From assembly GCA_964016885.1 (NCBI GenBank), contig OZ024765.1, positions 12,152,001 through 12,216,000 of the forward strand: a stretch of DNA of 64,000 nucleotides. Reading direction: 5' to 3'. The notes below the pieces were generated by a model that had not been told where the DNA came from, searched no databases, and saw only the letters and a program-made list of their open reading frames with translations. Made by a program: the position numbers and the translations under genes. Positions 1 through 13,017 of the stretch are shown here, in pieces (the stretch's first letter is position 1; each line of letters begins with the position of its first letter). Source of the DNA: Eledone cirrhosa (Eukaryota).

Positions 1-2
1 CT

Positions 3-155
3 TCTGTTATGGTCTGGGGAACTGTTCCATCATCTTGGAAGTCTCTCATTTTTGTGAAAGAAAGGACAAAAATCAACTCCCAAACAGTATTCTGAAGCCT
101 ATGCTTGCTTCTGCAACTAATCATTTTGGCAATAATTATCTGTGGACCTGCCAAA
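3..155 (+). pseudogene. Degenerate Tc1/mariner (maT/DD37D-like) transposase fragment
   Basis: Translates SVMVWGTVPSSWKSLIFVKERTKINSQ, then after a frameshift SILKPMLASATNHFGNNYLWTCQ. This resembles the SVMVW...PLIFV..GVKIN...HFG...WTFQQD catalytic-domain segment. Truncated by a TA/CA microsatellite. Confidence 0.6.
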
Positions 156-767
156 ACACAAACATATATACTTACATACACACATATATATATATACTTA
201 CATATACATATACATATATATATACTTACATATACACACATACACACATATATATATACTTACACACACACATACACACAAATATATATATATATATATA
301 TATACATATATATACTTACATACACACACAAACACTTACTTATCATCCACATACATCCAGTTATGTTTCATTGTTGTTATTCCCCCAACCTCAATGTTGT
401 CAAGGGATTGGTTAGGTCACAAAACTCTGTGTCATGTCACCTTATACATAACAACAACATAACACCAATCCTAACATTGATGTCATCAGATATCCTACAA
501 CGAAGGTGGCAGGGGTATATTAAGGGTCTGGGGGGTGTATTTTATCAGATTTATTATTTTTTTTCTTTTACTTTTACAATCGATAGAATAATCAGTAAGA
601 TCAATAGAGAGGAAAATCAATAATAGGTTTATGTCAAATATACAGACGCACAATTCAATACGTTTCAGCTGCTAATAAAATATACATACTCTACTTTAAA
701 TATAGAGTATTATATCCTGCTTCTTTCGTTTGTAAATCCAGCTTTTCATCAAGCAATATATATATAT

Positions 768-1070
768 CATCATCATTTCATTTTACGTTCGCTTTTTCCC
801 TGCTTGCAAGGGTGGGACGGGAACTGATTCTAGCTTGATTTCTACAGCTGGATGCCCTTCCAAACACCAACCTCATTTACAGTGAGTGCTGGGTGCTTTT
901 TTGCTGTGGCACCTCCACGACCACTTTGCAGTGGAATGATAGGGACCCCAGTCCCTATCATCTCATTTCTACAGCTGAGTAAACTGGAGCAATGTAAAAT
1001 AAAGTGTCTTGCTCAAGGAAACAACACATCACCCGGTCTGAGAATTGAACTCACAACCTTTCGATTGCAA
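768..1070 (-). mobile_element. SINE-A (tRNA head, conserved core, RTE-type tail)
   Basis: Reverse complement of the SINE-A consensus with (ATG)n tail at the left; head truncated at the junction with the adjacent inverted copy. Confidence 0.9.
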
Positions 1071-1394
1071 GTTCAATTCTCAGATCGGGTGATGTGTTGT
1101 TTCCTTGAGCAAGACACTTTATTTCACATTGCTCCAGTTTACTCAGCTGTAGAAATGAGATGATAGGGACTGGGGTCCATATCATTCCACTGCAAAGTGG
1201 TCATGGAGGTGCCACGGCAAAGAAGCACCCATCCCACACTGTAAAGTAGACGTGGAGGCGCCACGGAAAAAAAAAAAAAGCACCCAGCACTCACTGTAAA
1301 TGAGGTTGGTGTTAGGAAGGGCATCCAGCTGTAGAAATCAAGCCAGAACCACTTCCCATCCCACCCTTGCAAGCAGGGAAAAAGCGGACATAAA

Positions 1395-1425
<31 letters not shown>
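1071..1425 (+). mobile_element. SINE-A, head-to-head with the previous copy
   Basis: B box GTTCAATTC, core CCTTGAGCAAGACACTTTATTTCACATTGCTCCAG, tail CCCTTGCAAGCAGGGAAAAAGCGGAC(ATG)n. Confidence 0.9.
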
Positions 1426-1427
<2 letters not shown>

Positions 1428-1515
1428 ATATATATATATATATATATATAAATGAAGTATTTCCGTAGGAAAGGTAAAGAAAAAGAGAGTGCTCTATGTA
1501 GGCTACAGAGCTTTT

Positions 1516-1608
1516 TAGTTATGTAATAAACAACATAAGATAATTATTTCATCTGTCTTCAAGAAACCACTGGTAAATGAAATAATTATCTTATGTTGTT
1601 TATTACAA

Positions 1609-1613
<5 letters not shown>
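1516..1613. repeat. TA-flanked inverted repeat with hammerhead 3' half (GAAA-TAATTA-TC)
   Basis: Arms tagttatgtaataaacaacataagataattatttcat / atgaaataattatcttatgttgtttattacaaaacta. The left flank (about 1455-1515) is homologous to the flank of the 2.0 kb element. Confidence 0.75.
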
Positions 1614-1650
<37 letters not shown>

Positions 1651-1652
<2 letters not shown>

Positions 1653-1821
1653 CGAAGGAAGTGTGGTAAAGAACCAGGTGGACCATAACGCACTATGGGT
1701 AGTAGAGTGGGCAATAGGAAGAGAGTCAGGAGCCCAACGGCTGAGCTTCGACCGTTTCGACAGCTATTTCTGGCGGTTAGTCCAGATCTAGCTCAGCCGT
1801 CGGGATCCTGACTCTTTTCCT
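1651..1821. mobile_element. TA-inserted palindromic mini-element, family P
   Basis: Arms ggaagagagtcaggagcccaacggctgagct / agctcagccgtcgggatcctgactcttttcc plus tail aacgaaggaagtgtggtaaagaaccagg. Homologous copies at 25243, 36950, 37516, 42918 and 59858. Confidence 0.8.
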
Positions 1822-2037
1822 ATATATTTGTATATGTATGTATGTATGTATATACATATATGTATGCATGTATGTATACATATATTATATGTATGCATAA
1901 ATATATATATAATGTGTGTGTTAATTTATATATATATATGTTAAGTATTTCCAAAGAAAAAGCAAAGGGGAAAAAGTGTGCTCTATGTATAAAACAGAGC
2001 TATTTAATTAGAAAGTGAACAACACAATATATAACTA

Positions 2038-2104
2038 CTCCATTACCAAAGGTTTCAGGACTCTAGACAATATTAACATATGTCTAGTTCATCATTAGAT
2101 AGAG
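2038..2104 (-). ncRNA. Type I hammerhead ribozyme, degenerate core (CUAAUGA), inside inverted repeat 2014-2175
   Basis: Minus strand: CTCTAT-CTAATGA-T GAAC TAGAC...GTCTA GAGTCC T-GAAA-CC TTT GG-TA-ATGGAG. Same family as 61104-61171. Confidence 0.7.
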
Positions 2105-2192
2105 GGGTTATCAGAGGTAACCCCTGAGTCCTGAAACCTTTGCTATAGGAGTAGTTATATATTGGGTTGTTCACTATATATATATATATATT

Positions 2193-2234
<42 letters not shown>

Positions 2235-2235
2235 G

Positions 2236-2272
<37 letters not shown>

Positions 2273-2420
2273 TGTATGTTTGTGAGTATCTCAGGTTCAA
2301 TCGGGGGTAACCACAATAATTAAGGTACTCAATACATAGTAGAGTATATCTAAACTATAATAAAGGAGGGACTGCGTACGTTTTTTTTTTTTTTTATCCC
2401 GTTAGTAAAATAATTTGGAT

Positions 2421-3543
2421 TACTTTGAATAAATAATTATTTCTACTTTAGGCACAAGGCCAGCAATCACCCAGTACATTACTGGTACTTTATTTTATCA
2501 ACCTCGGCAGGATTTGAACGCAGATCATAAAGGGTCGTAAACTATGCTGGAAAGCATGGCGTCCGACCCTCTACCGATACTGCCAAACCACCGCCCTCTA
2601 CTTTGAATAAATAATTGTTTCTACTTTAGGCACAAGGCCAGCAATTACCCAGTGCATTACTGGTACTTTATTCTATCGACCCCGTAAGGATGAAAGGCAA
2701 AGTCAACCTCGGTGGGATTTGAACTCAGATTGTAAAGGGACGTAACTATGCTGGAAAGCATGGCGTCCGACCCTCTACCGATACTGCCAAACCACCGCCC
2801 TCTACTTTGAATAAATAATTGTTTCTACTTTAGGCACAAGACCAGCAATTACCCAGTGCATTACTGGTACTTTATTCTATCGACCCCGTAAGGATGAAAG
2901 GCAAAGTCAACCTCGGTGGGATTTGAACTCAGATTGTAAAGGGACGTAACTATGCTGGAAAGCATGGCGTCCGACCCTCTACCGATACTGCCAAACCACC
3001 GCCCTCTACTTTGAATAAATAATTGTTTCTACTTTAGGCACAAGGCCAGCAATTACCCAGTGCATTACTGGTACTTTATTCTATCGACCCCGTAAGGATG
3101 AAAGGCAAAGTCAACCTCGGTGGGATTTGAACTCAGATTGTAAAGGGACGTAACTATGCTGGAAAGCATGGCGTCCGACCCTCTACCGATACTGCCAAAC
3201 CACCGCCCTCTACTTTGAATAAATAATTGTTTCTATGTTAGGCACAAGGCCAGCAATTACCCAGTACATTACTGGTACTTTATTTTATCGACCCCGTAAG
3301 GATGAAAGGCAAAGTCAACCTCGGCAGGATTTGAACGCAGATCATAAAGGGTCGTAAACTATGCTGGAAAGCATGGCGTCCGACCCTCTACCGATACTGC
3401 CAATCCACCGCCCTCTACTTTGAATAAATAATTGTTTCTACTTTAGGCACAAGGCCAGCAATTACCCAGTACATTACTGGTACTTTATTCTATCGACCCC
3501 GGAAGGATGAAAGGCAAAGTTAACCTTACTTTGAATAAATAAT
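2421..3543 (-). repeat. Tandem array of about 6 SINE-B copies (unit about 204 bp = SINE + one target-site copy)
   Basis: Motif ctactttgaataaataat recurs at about 2598, 2802, 3006, 3210 and 3415, and tactttgaataaataat also flanks both ends. Confidence 0.9.
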
Positions 3544-3942
3544 GAATGAATATTACATAATTTATCTACTAAATTTCGTAAACAAAAATAATTTCGTAAA
3601 AATAAATAATTTAAAATTGACTTCTTTTCAAAGTTGCACTTCCGGTATATCGTCGCCACCACCACCACTTCAACTACCATATATATATAGAAAGAGAGAG
3701 TGTATGATGTCAACACTTCCGGTGGCGATCACTTAAATAAACATACTAATTTCCTCCTAATGCAGTTTATATATAATATCGTCTTTTTTAATGTATCATG
3801 GATTACTTTACTGATTACAGAAGACAGTGTAACTCAGTCTCTCTTCAATTTATGTGCATAGTGTCAATTACGATTTTATTTGATGCATCATATCTACATG
3901 TATGTATATTTGCATATAATATCAATATACACACTACACATG

Positions 3943-3980
3943 CTAGCAGAAAACCACACGAAGGGTGGTTTTTCTGCTAG
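3943..3980. repeat. Small hairpin next to the hammerhead palindrome
   Basis: CTAGCAGAAAACCAC-acgaagg-GTGGTTTTTCTGCTAG. Confidence 0.7.
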
Positions 3981-3985
3981 AAATG

Positions 3986-4114
3986 TTTAATATAGAAATG
4001 GCTTCTACAGGACTAGAACTGTTTCCTTCAAAAGAAATCATCAGGAAAGACTTTCCTGATGATTTCCTTTGAATGAAACAGTTCTAGTCCTGTAGAAGCC
4101 ATTTCTATATTAAA
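3986..4114. mobile_element. Near-perfect palindrome carrying a hammerhead on each strand
   Basis: Symmetric about 4050 with about 64 bp arms. Followed by a tail (4127-4187) shared with 2290-2347, 24737-24793 and 47403-47463. Confidence 0.9.
4051..4098 (+). ncRNA. Type I hammerhead ribozyme (mirror copy on minus strand, 4002-4049)
   Basis: TTTC-CTGATGA-T TTC CTTT GAA T-GAAA-CAG TTCTAGTC CTG-TA-GAAG; predicted GUA cleavage triplet. Confidence 0.85.
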
Positions 4115-5139
4115 TTTGTTGTATACACTCTACTAATATATTGAGTACCTTACGTACTCTGATTACCCCCGATTGAACCCAGGACTCATAAATATATATA
4201 TATATAGTACTGGATACTAGGGTTAGTAGTTTATGGTTCATATACATATATATATATACATATAGGTGCGTGTATAAAAGTGTAAGGAGCTCAACTGCAA
4301 AAATAACTGTAAAACAGCCGGTTGCTATAATCATTGCAGAGATATTCAGGTAAAATACCGTAGGGCAGAAAAAAGGTCGGTGGAAGCTAATGAATTCAAA
4401 GCCCCTAAAAATGGCAGTGAGCAGTCGTAAGAGAAGAAAAGGTGAAGTTATGAGGGAGAGAAAGAAAAGCAGGCATATATAGAAATAGAAAATGTGTCAT
4501 TACCTCATCAGCATCCCACTATCTGAATGGTTTCGTGTGGTATTGGAAAGACTATTCATTTTTTTTTTTTAAGATAGCTCACTCAGCAGAAACATAAGTA
4601 TATCTGCTAGTATGAATCAATAGCATATGAGAAATAAATCTGCCTGATGTAATTTGATTCAAACCTATTCCTTTGTGGGCGTGGTTATAAGTTGATTGAC
4701 AAGTGAGGTGTGGAGGTACATTAACAGAGGGGAGTTCTTTGATGAAATCAAGTGTGAACTAAGGTAAAAAAATGTAGGGCATCAGATAGGGGAGAAGGTC
4801 AACCTTGACTCAAGGTTACAATCAATTACATGGGGAGAATGAAATTAGGACAGTGAGTGGATCATTAAATAGTTTGGTTTGACCATCTAGATCAGGGGAT
4901 TCAAACATGGGCCCCACAAACTACATTTTTATTGCCTGTGTCAGAACATTTATAATGGAAAATTTGTCACCCCTACATTTTGTATTAATTCACATATCCC
5001 ACTTATTATTATATGCATATTCAAATCCCCCAGGGTTAACTTTGCCTTTCATCCTTACGGGGGTTGATAAAATAAAGTACCAGTAATACACTGAGATAAT
5101 TGCTGACCTTGTGCCAAAAGTAGAAACAATTATTTTAGG

Positions 5140-5335
5140 GGCGGTGGATTGGCAGTTTCAGTAGAGGGTCGGACACCATGCTTTGATGCATAGAGTTACG
5201 GCCCTTGCCATTCTGAGTTCAAATCCCACGGAGGTTAACTTTGCCTTTCATCCTTACGGGGTCGATAAAATAAAGTACCAGTAATGCACTGGGTAATTGC
5301 TGGCCTTGTGCCAAAAGTAGAAACTATTATTATTG
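5140..5335 (+). mobile_element. SINE-B (partial copy upstream at 5020-5135)
   Basis: GGCGGTGGATTGGCAG...GAGTTCAAATCCC...CTTTGCCTTTCATCCTTACGGGGTCGATAAAATAAAGTACCAG...GTAGAAAC(ATT)n. The central block resembles the Meta/Nin-type SINE domain. Confidence 0.85.
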
Positions 5336-5694
5336 GTATATTCTAAATTAAAGTACTAGTCACACATTGGAGTCTTTCTCATTTTCCTTCTCATTTACAC
5401 CCTAGTCCCACGGTGAAATAATATCCACAATATTATTTTTATATTTTGGTGAATCGGCAGAATCAGTAGAGTGTCAGACAACCAGCTTTACACCATATAG
5501 CTTTTCAGGAAAATGAAGTTATGAACTGTTGGAAACGAGTTATCTCATCTATGACACTGGAATGCATACATGTTAGGACAACTTATCTCATCTATAGCAG
5601 TGAAGAGGTTAAACTCATAACATCAAGGGCCGTAAACTCAATACTGCCAAGCATGGTGCCCGACGCTCTACTGATTCTGCCAATCCACCCTCAT

Positions 5695-7085
5695 TATCAT
5701 CATCATCATCATCATCATCGATTAACATCTACCTTCCACGTTAGCGTGAGTTAGACGGGTTTGTTCCAATTAGAGGCAAGTTGGGACGGGTGACCGTGTC
5801 TCACTCATATAGGAGAGTTTCTGGCTGGTTTTCTACAGCTGGATGCCCTTCCTAACGCCAACCACATTTACAGTGTGTGCTGGGTGCTTTTTGCCGGGTC
5901 TTTTACACGTCCACTTTACAGTGTGGACTGGGTGTTTTGGGACTGGTTTTCTACAGCTGGATGCCCTTCCTAATGCCAACCACATTTACAGTGTGTACTG
6001 GGTACTTTTTGCTGTGTCTTTTACACGTCCACTTTACAGTGTGGGCTGGGTGTTTTGGGACTGGTTTTCTACAGCTGGATGCCCTTCCTAATGCCAAACA
6101 CATTTACAGTGTGTACTGGGTACTTTTTGCTGTGTCTTTTACACGTCCACTTTACAGTGTGGGCTGAGTGTTTTGGGACTGGTTTTCTACAGCTGGATGC
6201 CCTTCCTAATGCCAACCACATTTACAGTGTGTGCTGGGTACTTTTTGCTGTGTCTTTTACACGTCCACTTTACAGTGTGGGCTGGGTGTTTTGGGACTGG
6301 TTTTCTACAGCTGGATGCCCTTCCTAATGCCAACCACATTTACAGTGTGTGCTGGGTACTTTTTGCTGTGTCTTTTACACGTCCACTTTACAGTGTGGAC
6401 TGGGTGTTTTGGGACTGGTTTTCTACAGATGGATGCCCTTCCTAATGCCAACCACATTTACAGTGTGTACTGGGTACTTTTTGCTGTGCCTTTTACACGT
6501 CCACTTTACAGTGTGGACTGGGTGTTTTGGGACTGGTTTTCTACAGCTGGATGCCCTTCCTAATGCCAACCACATTTACAGTGTGTGCTGGGTACTTTTT
6601 GCTCTGCCTTTTACACGTCCACTTTACAGTGTGGACTGGGTGTTTTGGGACTGGTTTTCTACAGCTGGATGCCCTTCCTAATGCCAACCACATTTACAGT
6701 GTGTGCTGGGTGCTTTTTGCCGGGTCTTTTACACGTCGACTTTACAGCGTGGACTGGGTGTTTTGGGACTGGTTTTCTACAGCTGGATGCCCTTCCTAAT
6801 GCCAACCACATTTACAGTGTGTACTGGGTACTTTTTGCTGTGTCTTTTACACGTCCACTTTACAGAGTGGGCTGGGTGTTTTGGGACTGGTTTTCTACAG
6901 CTGGATGCCCTTCCTAATGCCAACCACATTTACAGTGTGTACTGGGTACTTTTTGCTCTGCCTTTTACACGTCCACTTTACAGTGTGGGCTGGGTGTTTT
7001 GGGACTGGTTTTCTACAGCTGGATGCCCTTCCTAATGCCAACCACATTTACAGTGTGTGCTGGACACTTTTTGTCATGTCACCTA
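5695..7085 (-). repeat. RTE-2 3'UTR fragment expanded into a 118 bp minisatellite (about 11 units)
   Basis: ggatgcccttcc recurs every 118 bp from 5841 to 7021; (CAT)n tail at 5695-5719. Confidence 0.9.
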
Positions 7086-7506
7086 CACAAAGACATAATA
7101 TATAATATATATTAATGTATAGTGATTCTTAAAAGACTGGTTCACCTATTTTGCTGGTGTTTTTCTATATTTTTCTGTAAATATCGTAAGTGGTCATGTA
7201 TATTCACTAAAGGAAACAACACTATTGGTTGCAAAAGTCACCATTCAATAAAATATACTGTCCTCTCTGTTTGATGACTTGAGTACCTTACTTTAATTGT
7301 CGTTCCCCTCTGGTTTTTTTAATGGAATATCATTCAACTATATATATGTGTGTGTGTGTGTGCACATATATATATTTTTTTTTGTGTGCATATATATATA
7401 TTTTTTTGTGTGTGTATATATATATATGTGTGTGTGTGTGTGCACATATATATTTTTTTTGTGTGCATATATATATATATATTTTTTGTGTGTATATATA
7501 TATTTT

Positions 7507-7550
<44 letters not shown>

Positions 7551-7618
7551 CACATATATATTTTTTTTGTGTGCATATATATATATATATATTTTTTTTG
7601 TGTGTATATATATATTTT

Positions 7619-7696
<78 letters not shown>

Positions 7697-7768
7697 AATG
7701 TACATACACGTACAGATATATATACAAAGATTTATAAATAAAGATATATACTTAGTTTTGACAGACAT

Positions 7769-7800
<32 letters not shown>

Positions 7801-7924
7801 GCGTGTGTGTGTGTGTACGTGTATGTATATATATATATACACTTAAAGCAACAAAAAGATGTTTAATGTAGCTTTGTAAACAAGTTAAAAGCTTCGATCT
7901 ATCGACATTTACTGTATAACAAAC

Positions 7925-8080
7925 TAGAGAGAGGGGGAGAGTGAAGAAGACAGTATGAGAGAGAGAGATGGAGAGGAGGGGGGAGGAATAGAAAGAAAGA
8001 GAGATGGAGAGAGGGGGAGAGAGGGGGGGTAAAGAGAGATAGGGAGGGAGGAGAAAGAGAGAGGGGGGAAGTGAAGACAG

Positions 8081-8135
<55 letters not shown>

Positions 8136-8207
8136 GACAGAGATAGAGAGAGAGACAGACAGAGAGAGAGAGAGAGAGAGACAGAGAGAGAGAGACAGAG
8201 GCAGAGT

Positions 8208-8303
<96 letters not shown>

Positions 8304-8465
8304 GAGAGAGAGACAGAGAGAGAGACAGAGGCAGAGTGAGAGAGAGAGAGACAAACAGACAGAGTGAGAGAGAGAGAGAGACAGAGAGAGAGAAAGAGAC
8401 AGAGAGAGAGAGAAAGAGACAGAGAGAGAGAGAAAGAGAGAGAGAGAAAGAGACAGAGAGAGAGA
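7925..8465. repeat. (GA)n-rich microsatellite
   Basis: Direct inspection. Confidence 0.95.
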
Positions 8466-8842
8466 AACTTTGTGTGTGAGAGAGTTTGGAAGATTGATAG
8501 ATAGTTTGTATAAGAGTGTGTGTGTGGGTGAAAGAGAAATTATGTATGTATATATGTATGTATGTATGAGTGTATGCGTGTGAATGTGTGTGTGTGTATA
8601 TATGTATATATATATGTATGTATCAGTGTATGCGTGTGAATGTGTGTGTGTGTATATATATATGTGTGTGTGTGTGTGTGTATGTATGTATATGTGCATG
8701 TATATATGTGTGCATGTGTATAATTTCTATATTACAGAAGAAAGCTACCACTTAGCCCATTATCAACAGTATGTGACCACCTCTACAATATACATATATG
8801 TACATGTTTGTATGTATGTATATATATATATATATATATATG

Positions 8843-9118
8843 GGTTATGTGTTGTTTCCTTGAGCAAGACACTTTATTTCACATTGCTCCGGTTTACTCA
8901 GCTGTAGAAATGAGATGATAGGGACTGGGGTCTCTATCATTCCACTGCAAAGTGGTCGTGGAGGTGACACGGCAAAAAAGCACCCAGCCCTCACTGTAAA
9001 TGGGGTTGGTGTTAGGAAGGGCATCTAGCTGTAGAAATCAAGCTAGAATCAGTTCCCGTCCCACCCTTGCAAGCAGGGAAAAGTGGACGTTAAATGATGA
9101 TGATGATGATGATGATGA
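8843..9118 (+). mobile_element. SINE-A, 5' truncated (inverted head fragment at 9165-9282)
   Basis: Core, RTE tail and (ATG)n. Confidence 0.85.
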
Positions 9119-9282
9119 TATATATACACACACACACATAGCTATATCTGGCTGGTGCTTTATTTAAACTGGAGCAATGTGAAATAAAATGTTTTGCTCA
9201 AGGAAACAACACATCACCCGGTCTGAGAATTGAACTCACAACCTTTCAATTGCAAGGCCAAAGCTCTAACCTACTAAGCCAT

Positions 9283-10212
9283 GTAACACACACACACACA
9301 GTAACACACACACACAGTAACGCACACACACAAACAGGAACACACACTCACACACACACACACACACACAGTAACACACACATACACAGTCACACACACA
9401 CACACAGTATCACATATACAGACACATACACTAACACAGGCACACACACAGTAGCACACACCCACAGAAACACACACACACACACACAGCAACACACACA
9501 CACACACACAGCAACGCACAGCAACACACACACAGTAACACACACACACACACACACACACAGGAACACAGACACACAGTAACACACACACACACACAGT
9601 AACACACACACAGCAACACATACACACACACAGTAACACACACACCCACAGTAACACAACACACACACACACAGCAACACACACACACAGTAACACACAC
9701 ACACACAGCAACACACACACACACACAGTAACACACACACACAGCAACACACAGACACACACACACAGCAACACACACACACAGTAACACACACACACAG
9801 TAACACACACACACACACACACAGCAACACACAGCAACACACACACAGTAACACACACACACACACACACAGCAACACACAGCAACACACACACAGTAAC
9901 ACACACACACACACAGGAACACAGACACACAGTAACACACACACACACACAGTAACACACACACAGCAACACATACACACACAGTAACACACACACCCAC
10001 AGTAACACACACACAGCAACACACACACACAGTAACACACACACACACACAGCAACACATACACACAGCAACACACACACACAGTAACACGCACACACAG
10101 TAACACACACACACACAGTAACACACACACACACACACACACACAGCAACACACACACACAGCAACACACACACACAGCAACACACACACACAGTAACAC
10201 ACACACACACAG
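9283..10212. repeat. Compound (CA)n / CAGTAA / CAGCAA microsatellite
   Basis: Direct inspection. Confidence 0.95.
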
Positions 10213-10314
10213 TGTATGTCCCACTTATGTTAATTTGCCATTAAACTGTTACAGGGAAAGTGTTGTTTATTAACCAAGTTTCTCTGATGAGTTTCATTTA
10301 ATATAGTTTGAAGG

Positions 10315-12225
10315 TATGGTGGTGGTGGTAGTGTGGGGGGTAGTGGTGGTGGTGGTAGTGTGGGGGGTAGTGGTGGTGGTGGTAGTGTGGGGGGTAGTGG
10401 TGGTGGCGGTGGCGGTAGTGGGGGGGTGGCGGTAGTGGGGGGGTAGTGGGGGGGGGGGGGGGGGGGTAGTGGTGGTGGTGGTAGTGTGGGGGGTAGTGGC
10501 GGTGGCGGTAGTGTGGGGGGTGGCGGTAGTGGTAGTGTGGGGGGTAGTGGCGGTGGCGGTAGTGTGGGGGGGTGGCGGTAGTGGTAGTGTGGGGGGTAGT
10601 GGCGGTGGCGGTAGTGTGGGGGGGGTGGCGGTAGTGGTAGTGTGGGGGGTAGTGGCGGTGGCGGTAGTGTGGGGGGGTGGCGGTAGTGGGGGGGTAGTGG
10701 GGGGGGGGGGGTAGTGGGGGGGGGGGGGTAGTGGCGGTGGCGGTAGTGTGGGGGGGTGGCGGTAGTGGGGGGTAGTGGTGGTGGTGGTGGTGGTGGTAGT
10801 GTGGGGGGTAGTGGCGGTGGCGGTAGTGTGGGGGGGTGGCGGTAGTGGGGGGGTAGTGGTGGTGGTGGTGGTGGTGGTAGTGTGGGGGGTAGTGGCGGTG
10901 GCGGTAGTGTGGGGGGGTGGCGGTAGTGGGGGGGTAGTGGTGGTGGTGGTGGTGGTGGTAGTGTGGGGGGGTAGTGGCGGTGGCGGTAGTGTGGGGGGTG
11001 GCGGTAGTGGGGGGGGGGGGGGGTAGTGGTGGTGGTGGGGGGGGGGGGGGGGTAGTGTGGGGGGTAGTGGTGGTGGTGGTAGTGTGGGGGGTAGTGGTGG
11101 TGGCGGTGGTGGTGGTGGTGGTGGTGGTGGTGGTGGTGGTAGTGTGGGGGGTAGTGGTGGTGGTGGTAGTGTTGTTGTGGTGGTGGTAATGGTGGTGGTG
11201 AGGGGGTAATGGTGGTGATGGTAGTGTTGTGGTGGTGGTGGTGGTGAGGGGGTAATGGTGGTGATGGTAGTGTTGTGGTGGTGGTGGTGGTGAGGGGGTA
11301 ATGGTGGTGATGGTAGTGGTGGTGGTGGTGGTGGTGGTGGTGGTGGTGGTGGTGGTGGTGTGGGGGTAGTGGTGGTGATGGTAGTGTTGTGGTGGTGGTG
11401 GTGGTGGTAGTGTGGGGGTAGTGGTGGTGATGGTAGTGTTGTGGTGGTGGTAGTGTGGGGGGGTAGTGGTGGTGGTGGCGGTGGTGGTGGTAATGGTGGT
11501 GGTGAGGGGGTAATGGTGGTGTTGGTAGTGTTGTGGTGGTGGTGGTGGTGATGGTGAGGGGGTAATGGTGGTGATGGTAGTGTTGTTGTGGTAGTGTTGT
11601 GGTGGTGGTGGTGGTGGTAGTGTGGGGGTAATGGTGGTGATGGTAGTGTTGTGGTGGTGGTGGTGGTGGTGGTGGTGGTGAGGGGGTAATGGTGGTGATG
11701 GTAGTGTTGTGGTGGTGGTGGTGGTGGTGAGGGGGTAATGGTGGTGATGGTAGTGTTGTGGTGGTGGTGGTGGTGGTGAGGGGGTAATGGTGGTGATGGT
11801 AGTCTTGTGGTGGTGGTGGTGGTGAGGGGGTAATGGTGGTGATGGTAGTGGTGGTGGTGGTGGTAATGGTGGTCGTGAGGTGGTAATGGTAGTGATGGTA
11901 GTGTGGTGGTGGTGGGGTGGTGTGAGGGGGTAATGGTGGTGATGGTAGTGTTGCGGTGGTGGTGGTGGTGGTGGTGGTGGTGGTGAGGGGGTAATGGTGG
12001 TGATGGTAGTGTTGCAGTGGTGGTGGTGGTGGTGAGAGGGTAGTGGTGGGGGTAATGGTGGTGGTGAGGGGGTGATGGTAGTGTTGTGGTGGTGGTGGTG
12101 AGGGAGTGATGGTGGTGATGGTGGTTATAATGGTGGTGGTGGTGGTGGTGACTATGGTGGTTGGAGGGGGAGGGAGGGTTATTGTGATGGTGGTGGTGGT
12201 GGTGGCAGTGGTGGTGGTAATGATA
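10315..12225. repeat. G-rich (GTG)n / GGGGGTAGTG compound satellite
   Basis: Direct inspection; many G-runs of 4 or more. Confidence 0.95.
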
Positions 12226-12461
12226 GCAAGACACTTTATTTCACTTTATTTATTCAAAGTAATCCAACTTATTTTACAAACGGGGTAAAATAAATATATT
12301 CTGGACGCAGTCCCCCACTCCTTACTCCATTATAGTTAAGGTTACATAATATTCATTCATGATTTATTCAAAGTAATCAAAATTATTTTATTAACGTGAT
12401 GTAAAATAATAAAACTGGACACAGTCTCTTAGTTCTACAATCATTGTATATAAGATGATAA

Positions 12462-12655
12462 GGCGGTGGATTGGCAGTATCGGTAGAGGGCTGGATGCCA
12501 TGCTTTGACGCATAGAGTTACGGCCCTTGCCATTCTGAGTTCAAATTCCCGCCCGAGGTTAACTTTGCCTTTCATCCTTACGGGGTCGATAAAATAAAGT
12601 ACCAGTAATACACTGGGTAATTGCTGGCCTTGTGCCAAAAGTAGAAACAATTATA
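12462..12655 (+). mobile_element. SINE-B
   Basis: Full-length match to other copies. Confidence 0.9.
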
Positions 12656-13017
12656 ATTTTAGTAAATTCTTCCAAAATTCTACATTAATTAGTTAACATA
12701 CAAATGTATTTCATTAGAGATTTCGTAACAAGAGGGTTAAAAATTTCCTACTTAAATTAAAATCTTCCAACATAATTCTATATAGTTTGTTAGGTTACAA
12801 ATACCATCTTAATAAAATTATAATTTTACTAAATTCTTCTAAAATTTTTCATTAGTATTTAATTATAAATTCATTAACAAAAGGGTTAAATGGTTAAATG
12901 GTTGCTACTAATTAAAACTTTCCAACATAATTTTTATTTAAGAGCAATTTGTTAGGTTACAAATATCATCTTAATAAAATTATAATTTTACTAAATCCTT
13001 CCAAAATTCTTCATTAA

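Noticed and set aside
852-1163. Recurrent MPFLTPTSFTVSAGCFF ORF family
   Set aside because: Antisense translation of SINE-A and RTE-2 UTR copies.
10294-12234. 646 aa Pro/His/Thr-rich ORF (extensin-like)
   Set aside because: Translation of a (GTG)n satellite, with frame-switching homopolymer blocks and no unique domain.
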